From assembly GCA_029866215.1 (NCBI GenBank), contig JARWZU010000061.1, positions 44,337-108,336 of the forward strand: 64,000 nt of DNA, read 5' to 3'. The stretch is from Akkermansiaceae bacterium (GTDB lineage: Bacteria > Verrucomicrobiota > Verrucomicrobiia > Verrucomicrobiales > Akkermansiaceae). Position 1 is the first letter of the stretch; each line of letters opens with the position of its first letter. Shown piece by piece: positions 50,614 to 61,496 of the stretch. Made by a program: the position numbers and the translations under genes. The notes beneath the pieces were generated by a model. That model did no database searches. It saw nothing but the letters and a program-made list of their open reading frames with translations, and was not told the DNA's origin.

Positions 50614-51522
50614 TCACGGCGTGTCCGACCGATTCAAAATTCTGCGTAAATCGTTGAAGGGCCCTCTGATTAAAATCCCCGCAGCAGCGCCCGCGCCAAA
50701 ACCAAACACATGGCCTAAGACGTCAGTGCGCGAGTCATGCCCGCCACCCAACCAACCAAGCAAGATGGTTCCTCCCATCAATGGCGCGAAAATCCTCATC
50801 CACGACATTCGCTCACGCTGACCTAACATTTCCGCAATCCCAAGACCTGACAAGATCCCAAGGCCTGCAAAAACTGCAGTGGAAGCCCCCATGGAAATGA
50901 ATGGCTGTGGATAGGTGATCCATGCCGTGAAGGCATTTCCCAAAGCGCCACAACCCAAAATCAAGCCCCACCCTCGCAACGAGCCTAACGATTTGGAAAC
51001 CAGCGTGGCCATCACCACACCGCTCACTAGATTTCCAACCAAATGCGAAAGATCCGCATGAAGAAACAACCCAGTGAAACACCGCCACCACTCGCGCCCC
51101 TCCATCATGGCGAGGTTCGCCGAAGACCCACGCTCGACCAACCCAGCATCGCGACCCTGCCAAATGAAAACCAAGACCACCACGCACGCCCACAATGCTG
51201 AAAGCCACCCGCCTGAAGGATGCGTGGCCCACTTGCGAACCGATGAGGCGATCATGTCCGGCGGACCGCCCTCACGCCGATACGCATCCAACTCATCCGC
51301 AATTCCTCCAACTGCATTCGCATCTGCCCGCAAATCAAACTCACCTGGCTGATTCGACTCGATGACCTGGCAGGCCTCCCCCATCGCCAAAATCACCAAC
51401 CCATGGTCATTCGCCTGATCCAAGGTCGGGTAACTGCCCACCCGAACCCAGTCGTCATCATCGCCATCATGCTCCGGTTTTTCGATCACGGAATCTTCAT
51501 GGGCTAGAGTTAGATTAGGCAC
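50614..51522 (-). CDS. Rhomboid family intramembrane serine protease with an N-terminal soluble domain
   Basis: WWRCFTGLFLHAD, HLVGN, GASTAVF (GxS), GHVFG catalytic His. Confidence 0.9.
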   Translation of the reverse strand: MPNLTLAHEDSVIEKPEHDGDDDDWVRVGSYPTLDQANDHGLVILAMGEACQVIESNQPGEFDLRADANAVGGIADELDAYRREGGPPDMIASSVRKWATHPSGGWLSALWACVVVLVFIWQGRDAGLVERGSSANLAMMEGREWWRCFTGLFLHADLSHLVGNLVSGVVMATLVSKSLGSLRGWGLILGCGALGNAFTAWITYPQPFISMGASTAVFAGLGILSGLGIAEMLGQRERMSWMRIFAPLMGGTILLGWLGGGHDSRTDVLGHVFGFGAGAAAGILIRGPFNDLRRILNRSDTP

Positions 51523-51528
51523 AACGAC

Positions 51529-52200
51529 CTAGCAGGTTCCTTCATACACCGTCACCACACCGAACGTGATGGGCGTGTAGGTAGCATCATGAAACCCGCT
51601 AGACTCTAATAGATTCACCATCGCGTTGCCCGATGGAAATGCTTCGATCGAGCCGCCCATGTATTCATACGCGTCTTTTTGCCCCGTGAGCCAACCCGCG
51701 ACTTTAGGCAACACGTTATGAAGATACCAACGATACGGGATGCGCAGCAGCCCTGAGGGGATCGAAAAATCGAGAATCACCAAGCGCCCACCCGGCGTGA
51801 GCACGCGGCGCATTTCCCGCAGCGCTGCAGGATAATCCGCCATGTTGCGCAGCCCGAACGCCACCGTCACGACGTCGAACTCGCCAACCGCAAACGGCAA
51901 GGCAAGCGCATCTGCCACCACCGTTTTTGCAATCCCCCTGCCGGATGCATGCACTAACATCTCCGCGCAGAAGTCCGTGGCAATCACCTCGCACTGCGGG
52001 CAACGATCTTGAATCTCTAACGCCAAATCACCCGTCCCACTGGCGACATCCAGCAGACGCTTCGGCTCCCATTTGCGAATGCGCGAACTCACCACCCGCC
52101 GCCACCAGATGTCCATGCCGCAACTCAGAACATGGTTGGTTAGCACGTAGCGATCGGCGATTCGAGCGAAGGCAGCATGGACGTAAACGGCATCGGGCAT
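51529..52200 (-). CDS. ubiE: Ubiquinone/menaquinone biosynthesis methyltransferase
   Basis: FARIADRY, LDVASGTGD, TVAFGLRN, LTPGG, YEYMGGSIEAFP. Confidence 0.92.
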   Translation of the reverse strand: MPDAVYVHAAFARIADRYVLTNHVLSCGMDIWWRRVVSSRIRKWEPKRLLDVASGTGDLALEIQDRCPQCEVIATDFCAEMLVHASGRGIAKTVVADALALPFAVGEFDVVTVAFGLRNMADYPAALREMRRVLTPGGRLVILDFSIPSGLLRIPYRWYLHNVLPKVAGWLTGQKDAYEYMGGSIEAFPSGNAMVNLLESSGFHDATYTPITFGVVTVYEGTC

Positions 52201-52283
52201 ACAGGAGGGGTAATCCGGATAACGTTTCTGCCAAGCTCGAATTTCAGTCAGTCCCTCACCGGATCGAAATTACCCGTTCGACC

Positions 52284-54857
<2,574 letters not shown>

Positions 54858-55007
54858 GGCTGTTAGTTTGCCACACTATGACCGCAAACACCCCAACTTG
54901 CAATGCGCCGAGGCTGGATTTCTCTAAAATCCTCCCGAATCAGCCCCAATCTCTCCCAACGAAACTGTGAACCCTTTTCGTTCAACGCAAGCCGCCATCA
55001 GGCAAAA

Positions 55008-55772
55008 TCATTTCTCCGTTGGGTCGTCGTCTCCGTAGAAACTCTTGATGTAGCCGTACTCCACGAGCGTGTCCTGCCATGGCGCGACCACGTTGGGATC
55101 TTGGAAAATCCGACCAGCGACCGCGAGCCATTCTTCCGCTTTCAGTGAGTTCTTCTTGTCGTACTCAAGGACCGCCTGGACGTAATAATAAAATGGTGAA
55201 TCATCGAGGAAATCGTACTTCCCTGCGAGAATCGTGACGTCGTTGTCCAAGCCAAGTTTCTTTTTGCCTAGGAGAATTTTGAACTCCACCAAACGCCCAA
55301 GTGCCACATTTTCGGGCGGAAGCGCTTTCATCACTTTTGCAAAAGTATCAACAGACTTTTGCCATTGCTTGGTCACGAAGTAAACCTCACCGATATTGAA
55401 ATCGATGTTGTAATCACTGACGCTCGCGTCACTCGAAAAGGACTGTGCCTTTTGAAAATCCGCAAGCGCCTTGTCGAAGGCTCGCATCTCCACGTAGCAA
55501 CTTCCCCGCAAGTTATAGATCTCAGGACTATCCGAGAAAATGCTGGCCGCTTTCTGCACCTTGTCGATCGTTTCAAAAATCCGCTTCTGTTGGAACAAGC
55601 GGTTGGCCTCGGTGAGAATTTTGACGAACTCGTTGCGCTTCTCTTCAGGTAAATTCAAGAAGGCTTGCTGGTTCGCAGTGAGCGCCTCTTTTTTCAGTGC
55701 TGGCGCAGACTTTTCTTGGGCGACAACTGGGGCGGCAAAGAGACAAAGCAAAAGGAGTTGAATGGCTTTCAT
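55008..55772 (-). CDS. Exported tetratricopeptide-repeat protein
   Basis: Signal peptide MKAIQLLLLCLFAAPVVA; TPR motifs YNLRGSCYVEMRAFDKALADF and FNIGEVYFVTKQWQKSV. Confidence 0.8.
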   Translation of the reverse strand: MKAIQLLLLCLFAAPVVAQEKSAPALKKEALTANQQAFLNLPEEKRNEFVKILTEANRLFQQKRIFETIDKVQKAASIFSDSPEIYNLRGSCYVEMRAFDKALADFQKAQSFSSDASVSDYNIDFNIGEVYFVTKQWQKSVDTFAKVMKALPPENVALGRLVEFKILLGKKKLGLDNDVTILAGKYDFLDDSPFYYYVQAVLEYDKKNSLKAEEWLAVAGRIFQDPNVVAPWQDTLVEYGYIKSFYGDDDPTEK

Positions 55773-55934
55773 AGGCATTTGAGATGAAGGAGACTAGGCC
55801 GACGTTCAAAAAACAGCAAGCCACCATTCTCGCCGATTTTTGCCGCCAAACCCCATTCCAATCCACGATCAAATGCCATCACCACGATTTTTCCTTTCGC
55901 GAAATCCCGATTCGGGTGTTTTCTCAAGCCGAGC

Positions 55935-57572
55935 ATGAACATCGGCATCGCCCAAATCAATCCAACCGTCGGAGACTTCCCCGGCAATGTGAAGCGCATC
56001 CTCGCCGCATACCGCGAGTGCATCGATTCGGGCGCTGACCTCGTGATCACCCCTGAGTTGTCCCTCGTCGGCTACCCTCCCCAGGATCTGGTGTTTAAAT
56101 CCCAATTCGTACCGAAATGCCTGCAAGCACTCGATTACCTCGCCGGCGAGATCCGCGAGATTCCACTGCTCGTCGGCTACATCGACCACCATCATCCCGG
56201 CCACCCCGGCAAGCCATTTCGGAACGCCGCCGCGTGGCTAGAAAATGGAAAAATCCAGCACCGCATCTGGAAAACCCTTCTCCCAACCTACGATGTTTTC
56301 GACGAACGACGCTACTTCGAACCCAGCGAATCCTGCAATCCGATCGTCTGGAACGGCCATCGCATCGGGGTGACGATTTGTGAGGACATCTGGACGGAGA
56401 CCTTCCTCCAACGCCCATTTTATGACCGCGACCCCATCGCGGAACTCTCGGCCAAGGGGATCGACCTCCTCCTCAACCTCAGCGCCTCGCCGTTCCACCT
56501 CGGCAAGCCGCTGCTCCGGCGCACCATGATCGGCGCCATCGCCCGCAAATCCAAGGTGCCCGTAGTCTATTGCAATGCCGTCGGCGCAAACGACCAACTC
56601 GTTTTCGATGGAAACTCGGTCGTGGCCAATGCCAACGGCCAAATTTGCACGCAACTGCCAAGCTTCACCGAAAAATGCGCGGTCATCGACCCATTCGCTC
56701 CCAACGCAATTGAGGTCCCCTTCGACTCCTGTGATGCGGCCGATCTCTATCACGCTCTCGTCCTCGGTGTCCGCGACTACGTCACGAAATGCGGATTCTC
56801 GAGCGTTTGCCTCGGCCTGAGTGGCGGCATCGACTCGGCCCTCACCGCCGCCATCGCCGCAGACGCCCTCGGTCCAGAAAATGTGCGCGGCCTCACGATG
56901 CCAAGCCCCTACTCGTCGCGTGGCAGCGTGGACGATTCGTTTGCACTCGCGAAAAACCTCGGCATCCGCTGCGACGAGGTGCCCATCCGCAGCGCCTTCG
57001 AGGCGATTAAGGCGACCATGCAGCCGATTTTCGAAGACCGCCCCGAAGACGTGACCGAAGAAAACATGCAGGCCCGAATCCGCGGACTCATGCTCATGGC
57101 GCTCTCGAACAAAGAAAATCACCTGCTCCTCACCACGGGCAATAAAAGCGAGCTAGCGGTCGGTTATTGCACGATCTACGGCGACATGTGTGGCGGCTTG
57201 GCGGTGATTTCAGACTTGCCGAAATGCCGAGTCTACGAAGTTTCCCGCTGGATCAACCGCGACCGAGAAATCATCCCTTGGAACACAATCGACAAACCCC
57301 CAAGCGCGGAACTCCGGCCAGATCAGAAGGATCAAGACACCCTGCCGCCCTACGAAATTCTCGACGGCATTCTCGAACTCTACGTGGAGCACCAACTTTC
57401 TGCGGACGAAATCATTTCGCGTGGCTACGAGGAAACCACCGTCCGCTGGGTCCAGCGCCGCGTCGACCTGAACGAGTGGAAACGCCACCAAGCCGCCCCA
57501 GGCCTGCGCGTCACTTCCAAGGCATTCGGCATCGGCCGACGCATGCCGATCGTCCAAAAACTCATCGGCTAG
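55935..57572 (+). CDS. nadE: Glutamine-dependent NAD+ synthetase
   Basis: Nitrilase triad (PEL, KTLLP, ICED) plus synthetase GLSGGIDS, ENMQARIRG, TTGNKSE, PSAEL. Confidence 0.96.
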   Translation: MNIGIAQINPTVGDFPGNVKRILAAYRECIDSGADLVITPELSLVGYPPQDLVFKSQFVPKCLQALDYLAGEIREIPLLVGYIDHHHPGHPGKPFRNAAAWLENGKIQHRIWKTLLPTYDVFDERRYFEPSESCNPIVWNGHRIGVTICEDIWTETFLQRPFYDRDPIAELSAKGIDLLLNLSASPFHLGKPLLRRTMIGAIARKSKVPVVYCNAVGANDQLVFDGNSVVANANGQICTQLPSFTEKCAVIDPFAPNAIEVPFDSCDAADLYHALVLGVRDYVTKCGFSSVCLGLSGGIDSALTAAIAADALGPENVRGLTMPSPYSSRGSVDDSFALAKNLGIRCDEVPIRSAFEAIKATMQPIFEDRPEDVTEENMQARIRGLMLMALSNKENHLLLTTGNKSELAVGYCTIYGDMCGGLAVISDLPKCRVYEVSRWINRDREIIPWNTIDKPPSAELRPDQKDQDTLPPYEILDGILELYVEHQLSADEIISRGYEETTVRWVQRRVDLNEWKRHQAAPGLRVTSKAFGIGRRMPIVQKLIG

Positions 57573-57632
57573 CATCTCGCGCCCAGCCGAATGCACGCGA
57601 GATGCTAGAATCCAACTCCAGCGGATTTCTAG
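57569..57632. repeat. Two overlapping CTAG-bounded inverted repeats in the nadE-cdaA spacer
   Basis: ctagcatctcgcg-N14-cgcgagatgctag (13-bp perfect) then ctagaatcc-N9-ggatttctag. Confidence 0.75.
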
Positions 57633-57682
57633 GATTGCATGGGGGAACCATCACGCAGTAGCCTACCCATCAATTCATTCCC

Positions 57683-58522
57683 ATGTGGAAAATCCTACAA
57701 GTCCAATGGAACGACGGCATTGAAATCTTGCTGCTCGCGACCTGCATCTACCAAATCTATCGGGCATTCCGAGCAACTCGTGCTGCCCAAATTCTTGTAG
57801 GACTCGGCGCGATCCTGATCTTCCTCACCTTGGTTTCCTCGGTGTTTAAATTTGAGGTCATCCAGTGGATCATCACCCGCGCCGCCGCCATCCTTGCATT
57901 CGCCCTGATCGTGATTTTCCAACCCGAGCTCCGCCACGGCCTCGCACGCCTCGGCAGCAAACGCCTTTTTTCCTTCTCAAGCAAACGCCGACTTGCCTTC
58001 CTCGAACGCTTCGCAGATGCCGTGATCAACCTGTCGAAAAAACGCATCGGCGCACTCTTCGCGATCCAGCGGAACATCAGCCTCAAGGAACAACTCGACA
58101 CCGGCGTGGTGCTGGATGCCGAATTTTCTCCCGAGCTTGCGATGACCGTCTTCCATCCGAAGGCCCCCCTCCACGACGGCGGCATGATCATCGCCGACGA
58201 CCGCATCGCCGGTGCCGCCTGTGTGTTCCCCGTGACCGAACGGGAAATGAACGACCGCTCAACCGGCTTGCGCCACCGCGCCGCCATCGGACTCACCGAG
58301 CGAACCGACGCCATCGCCGTGGTCGTCAGCGAGGAAACCGGTAACATCTCAATCTGCGAAAATGGCATCCTCCAACGAAACCTAACCGAGAAACAATTCC
58401 GGGAAAAAATCGAGGAGATCTTCTTCTCAAGTAAATCTTCTCATGAAACTGACCCTGCCCCAAAACTGGATCGCAAAGATCCTCTCACTCCTTCTGGCGA
58501 TCGCGATCTGGTTTCTGATTAA
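57683..58522 (+). CDS. cdaA: Membrane-bound diadenylate cyclase (c-di-AMP synthase)
   Basis: Three N-terminal TM helices, VIFQPELR, PLHDGG (DG motif), GLRHRAAIG (RHR), VSEETG. Confidence 0.95.
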   Translation: MWKILQVQWNDGIEILLLATCIYQIYRAFRATRAAQILVGLGAILIFLTLVSSVFKFEVIQWIITRAAAILAFALIVIFQPELRHGLARLGSKRLFSFSSKRRLAFLERFADAVINLSKKRIGALFAIQRNISLKEQLDTGVVLDAEFSPELAMTVFHPKAPLHDGGMIIADDRIAGAACVFPVTEREMNDRSTGLRHRAAIGLTERTDAIAVVVSEETGNISICENGILQRNLTEKQFREKIEEIFFSSKSSHETDPAPKLDRKDPLTPSGDRDLVSD

Positions 58523-58613
58523 AAACCACCTCGCCATGGAACCCTACCAGAATGCGCCGCGCGCACGTGTGGTGGAGCCTGCACCGACCTCCAAGGATCT
58601 GAAAAAAGACTGA
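58443..58613 (+). CDS. 56-aa CdaR/YbbR-like membrane peptide (TM anchor only)
   Basis: Hand-translated MKLTLPQNWIAKILSLLLAIAIWFLIKNHLAMEPYQNAPRARVVEPAPTSKDLKKD; NW..KILSLLLAI..W is the CdaR N-terminal TM pattern; sits in the cdaR position. Confidence 0.7.
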   Translation: MKLTLPQNWIAKILSLLLAIAIWFLIKNHLAMEPYQNAPRARVVEPAPTSKDLKKD

Positions 58614-58641
58614 GCCACCCCCCCCTGCCCGCAGTCACCGC

Positions 58642-59706
58642 TCACGCTTCGCGGCGCTTGCGGACCGCAGCAGCCAAGACATCGAGCGTCTTCGCGGTGT
58701 CTTCCCAACCAATGCACGCATCCGTGACCGACTGCCCACGAGTCAGCGTGGTGAGATCTTTCGCCAACTTCTGATTTCCCTCGACGAGGTTGGACTCAAT
58801 CATCACCGAAGTGATGACCTTGCAGCCCTCCGCGATCTGCTTCGCAATGTCCTGCGCCACCATGGGCTGGTTGCGGTAATCCTTCATGGAATTGCCGTGG
58901 GAACAATCGATCATCACGGACTCAGGCAATTGCTGCTCCCGTAACATCTCCGCAGCCGCCTGTACGTCAGCCTTGCCGTAGTTCGGTCCAGATTTGCCAC
59001 CACGCAGAATCAAATGGCACGACTCGTTGCCCGACGTGGAGACAATCGCAGAAACCCCTTGCTTCGTAACGGATAGAAAATGATGCGGCCGCGACGATGA
59101 CTGAATGGCATCCAAGGCGATCTGAATCGATCCACCGGTTCCATTTTTGAAACCGACCGGCATGGAAAGCCCAGACGCCAACTCACGGTGAATTTGGGAC
59201 TCGGTCGTGCGAGCACCGATCGCCCCCCAAGCGATCATGTCCGCGATGTATTGCGGCGAAATGGTGTCAAGGAATTCGGTCCCCGCAGGAACGCCACGGT
59301 TGGCCAATTCTAATAGCAGACCGCGCGCCACTCTGAGCCCGTGATTGATGTCAAACGAGTCATCCAGATGAGGGTCATTGATCAAGCCCTTCCAGCCCAC
59401 CGTGGTCCGGGGCTTTTCGAAATAAACCCGCATGATCACAAAGATGTCCTTCTCCACCCGCTTCGCCTCTTCCTTGAGCATCGCCGCATATTCAAGCGCG
59501 GCCTCAGGATCATGGATCGAGCAGGGCCCTACGATCGCCAGCAACCGATCATCCTCGCCTCGCAGAATCGCATCCGCCTGGGCACGAGCATTTGCCACCA
59601 ACTCGGCAGCACGCTCGGAAAGTGGTAAGTAATACGCTAAAACCGCCGGTGAAATGAGCGGATTCAGGCCTGTTATTCTGAGGTCGTCGGTGCGATGGAG
59701 GGTCAC
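58642..59706 (-). CDS. aroG: 3-deoxy-D-arabino-heptulosonate 7-phosphate synthase (class I-alpha, AroF/G/H type)
   Basis: VGPCSIHD, MRVYFEKPRTTVGWKG, IGARTTESQ, GFKNGT, IDCSHGN, SVTDAC; GTG 59706 inferred; isoenzyme letter uncertain. Confidence 0.93.
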   Translation of the reverse strand: MTLHRTDDLRITGLNPLISPAVLAYYLPLSERAAELVANARAQADAILRGEDDRLLAIVGPCSIHDPEAALEYAAMLKEEAKRVEKDIFVIMRVYFEKPRTTVGWKGLINDPHLDDSFDINHGLRVARGLLLELANRGVPAGTEFLDTISPQYIADMIAWGAIGARTTESQIHRELASGLSMPVGFKNGTGGSIQIALDAIQSSSRPHHFLSVTKQGVSAIVSTSGNESCHLILRGGKSGPNYGKADVQAAAEMLREQQLPESVMIDCSHGNSMKDYRNQPMVAQDIAKQIAEGCKVITSVMIESNLVEGNQKLAKDLTTLTRGQSVTDACIGWEDTAKTLDVLAAAVRKRREA

Positions 59707-59854
59707 AGGGCCGATGGTTGCCTCCACGCGGCCAACAAGGCAAGGCACAAGTTTCACATCCGAATACTTCCCCCACCGCCACAAGACGCGCCTTGTCGGT
59801 CGCCCCCAGACCTGCTTGCCTCGCTCAGTCCCAGCCGCCAATCACCCGAACCGT

Positions 59855-60604
59855 ATGAAAAAAGACCGCACCGATGCTCTGCTTGTCGCCCGCGGTCTTT
59901 GTGACTCGCGCGAACAGGCAAAACGCCTGATCCTCGCCGGCGAAGTCCGCAGCGGCGACCGGGTGATCGACAAACCCAGCGTCCAACTCGCATCCGACGC
60001 CCCTCTCGAAATCAAAGATAAACCCCGCTTCGTCGGCCGCGGCGGCCTGAAACTCGAAGGCGCACTCGATGCATTTCAAATCGACCCCACCGGCTGGGTC
60101 TGCATCGACGTCGGGGCTTCCACTGGCGGATTCACCGACTGCCTGCTCCAACGCGGTGCCATCCGAGTCCACGCGGTGGATGTCGGGACGAACCAACTCG
60201 TTTGGAAACTCCGCAACGACCCGCGCGTGATCGTGAAGGAGCAATTCAACGCCCGCCACATGGTCCCTGCCGACATCGGTGAACCGGTCCGCCTCGCGGT
60301 GATGGATCTCTCGTTCATTTCGCTCACTCTGGTGCTGCCCGCCGTTTTCTCAGTCTTGGAATCTGGCGGCTCAGTGGTCTGCCTCATCAAGCCGCAATTC
60401 GAACTCCGCCGCGAGGACATCACCCGCGGTGGCATCGTGCGCGACCCCGCCCTCCACGAGCAATCCATCGAAAAAATCCGCCACTTCGTCACTACGGAAT
60501 TCGCCTGCACCTGGAACGGCGTCATCCCGTCCTCAATCACTGGCATGGACGGCAATCAAGAATTCCTCGCATGGATCCGCCTCCCGGAATCACCCGATCC
60601 ATGA
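59855..60604 (+). CDS. tlyA: TlyA-family rRNA methyltransferase
   Basis: S4 domain, FVGRGGLKL, DVGASTGGFTD, DLSFISL, LIKPQFE, GNQEF. Confidence 0.94.
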   Translation: MKKDRTDALLVARGLCDSREQAKRLILAGEVRSGDRVIDKPSVQLASDAPLEIKDKPRFVGRGGLKLEGALDAFQIDPTGWVCIDVGASTGGFTDCLLQRGAIRVHAVDVGTNQLVWKLRNDPRVIVKEQFNARHMVPADIGEPVRLAVMDLSFISLTLVLPAVFSVLESGGSVVCLIKPQFELRREDITRGGIVRDPALHEQSIEKIRHFVTTEFACTWNGVIPSSITGMDGNQEFLAWIRLPESPDP

Positions 60605-60641
60605 CCCCCGACTGGTTCCTCCTCACCGAACAATAGCCGCC

Positions 60642-61496
60642 ATGAAAGTCGCCGATACGGGAATCGCTCTCCGAGAAATCCTCAAAAACGCACCTCGTCC
60701 CATCGTGCTGGTCCCGACCATGGGAGCCTTTCACGCCGGCCACATTTCTTTAATGCACCGCGCCCGAGAAATCGCTGGAGCAACCGGAACGGTGGTCACG
60801 TCGATTTTTGTCAACCCGATCCAGTTCGACCGCCCCGCGGATCTCGCGAATTACCCGCAACCCCTCACCAGCGACCTCACGACGTGCGAAGCCGCCGGGG
60901 TCGACGTGGCATTCACTCCATCCGCTGGCTCGATGTATTTTCCAGACCGCTCCGTCACCGTGACGGAGTCGCTGCTTTCCAGCGGGCTCTGCGGTGCCAC
61001 ACGCGCTGGCCACTTCGACGGGGTCTGCACGGTCGTGCTAAAGTTATTCCTGCTGTCCGGCTGTGACACCGCGATCTTCGGCGAAAAAGATTTCCAACAA
61101 CTCGCGATCATCCGCCGCATGGTGCGCGACCTCGATGCACCCGTGGAAATCCTCTCATGCCCGACCGTCCGCGAGACGGATGGCCTAGCGATGTCATCAC
61201 GAAATGCCCGGCTCAGCCCAGCACAACGGGCCGATGCCCCACGCATTCGCAAGGCGCTGTTAGAATCATCAACCCTCCACCCGCCCGCAGAAATCCTCAC
61301 CGCCGCCCGCGCGACAATTGAGGCATCGCCACTCACCCGCATCGACTACCTGTCACTCGTCGATGCAGAAACCCTGCAACCAACCCACTCGCTCGATCGC
61401 CCAGCGATTCTCGCCACGGCGGTTTTCTATGATGACGTTCGACTGATCGACCACGTCACGATTCATCGACCACCCACCTACCCCACCGACGCATGA
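60642..61496 (+). CDS. panC: Pantoate-beta-alanine ligase
   Basis: PTMGAFHAGH, IFVNPIQF, HFDGV, FGEKDFQQ, AMSSRN, RLIDH. Confidence 0.95.
   Translation: MKVADTGIALREILKNAPRPIVLVPTMGAFHAGHISLMHRAREIAGATGTVVTSIFVNPIQFDRPADLANYPQPLTSDLTTCEAAGVDVAFTPSAGSMYFPDRSVTVTESLLSSGLCGATRAGHFDGVCTVVLKLFLLSGCDTAIFGEKDFQQLAIIRRMVRDLDAPVEILSCPTVRETDGLAMSSRNARLSPAQRADAPRIRKALLESSTLHPPAEILTAARATIEASPLTRIDYLSLVDAETLQPTHSLDRPAILATAVFYDDVRLIDHVTIHRPPTYPTDA

Noticed and set aside
54858-55007. CIRCE or CtsR operator upstream of clpB
   Set aside because: No TTAGCACTC-N9-GAGTGCTAA or heptad repeat found
56238-57122. 294-aa minus-strand ORF
   Set aside because: Antisense shadow of nadE
59654-59854. Overlapping N-terminal extensions of the DAHP synthase and tlyA ORFs
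   Set aside because: Homology starts at 59706 (minus) and 59855 (plus), leaving a normal divergent spacer
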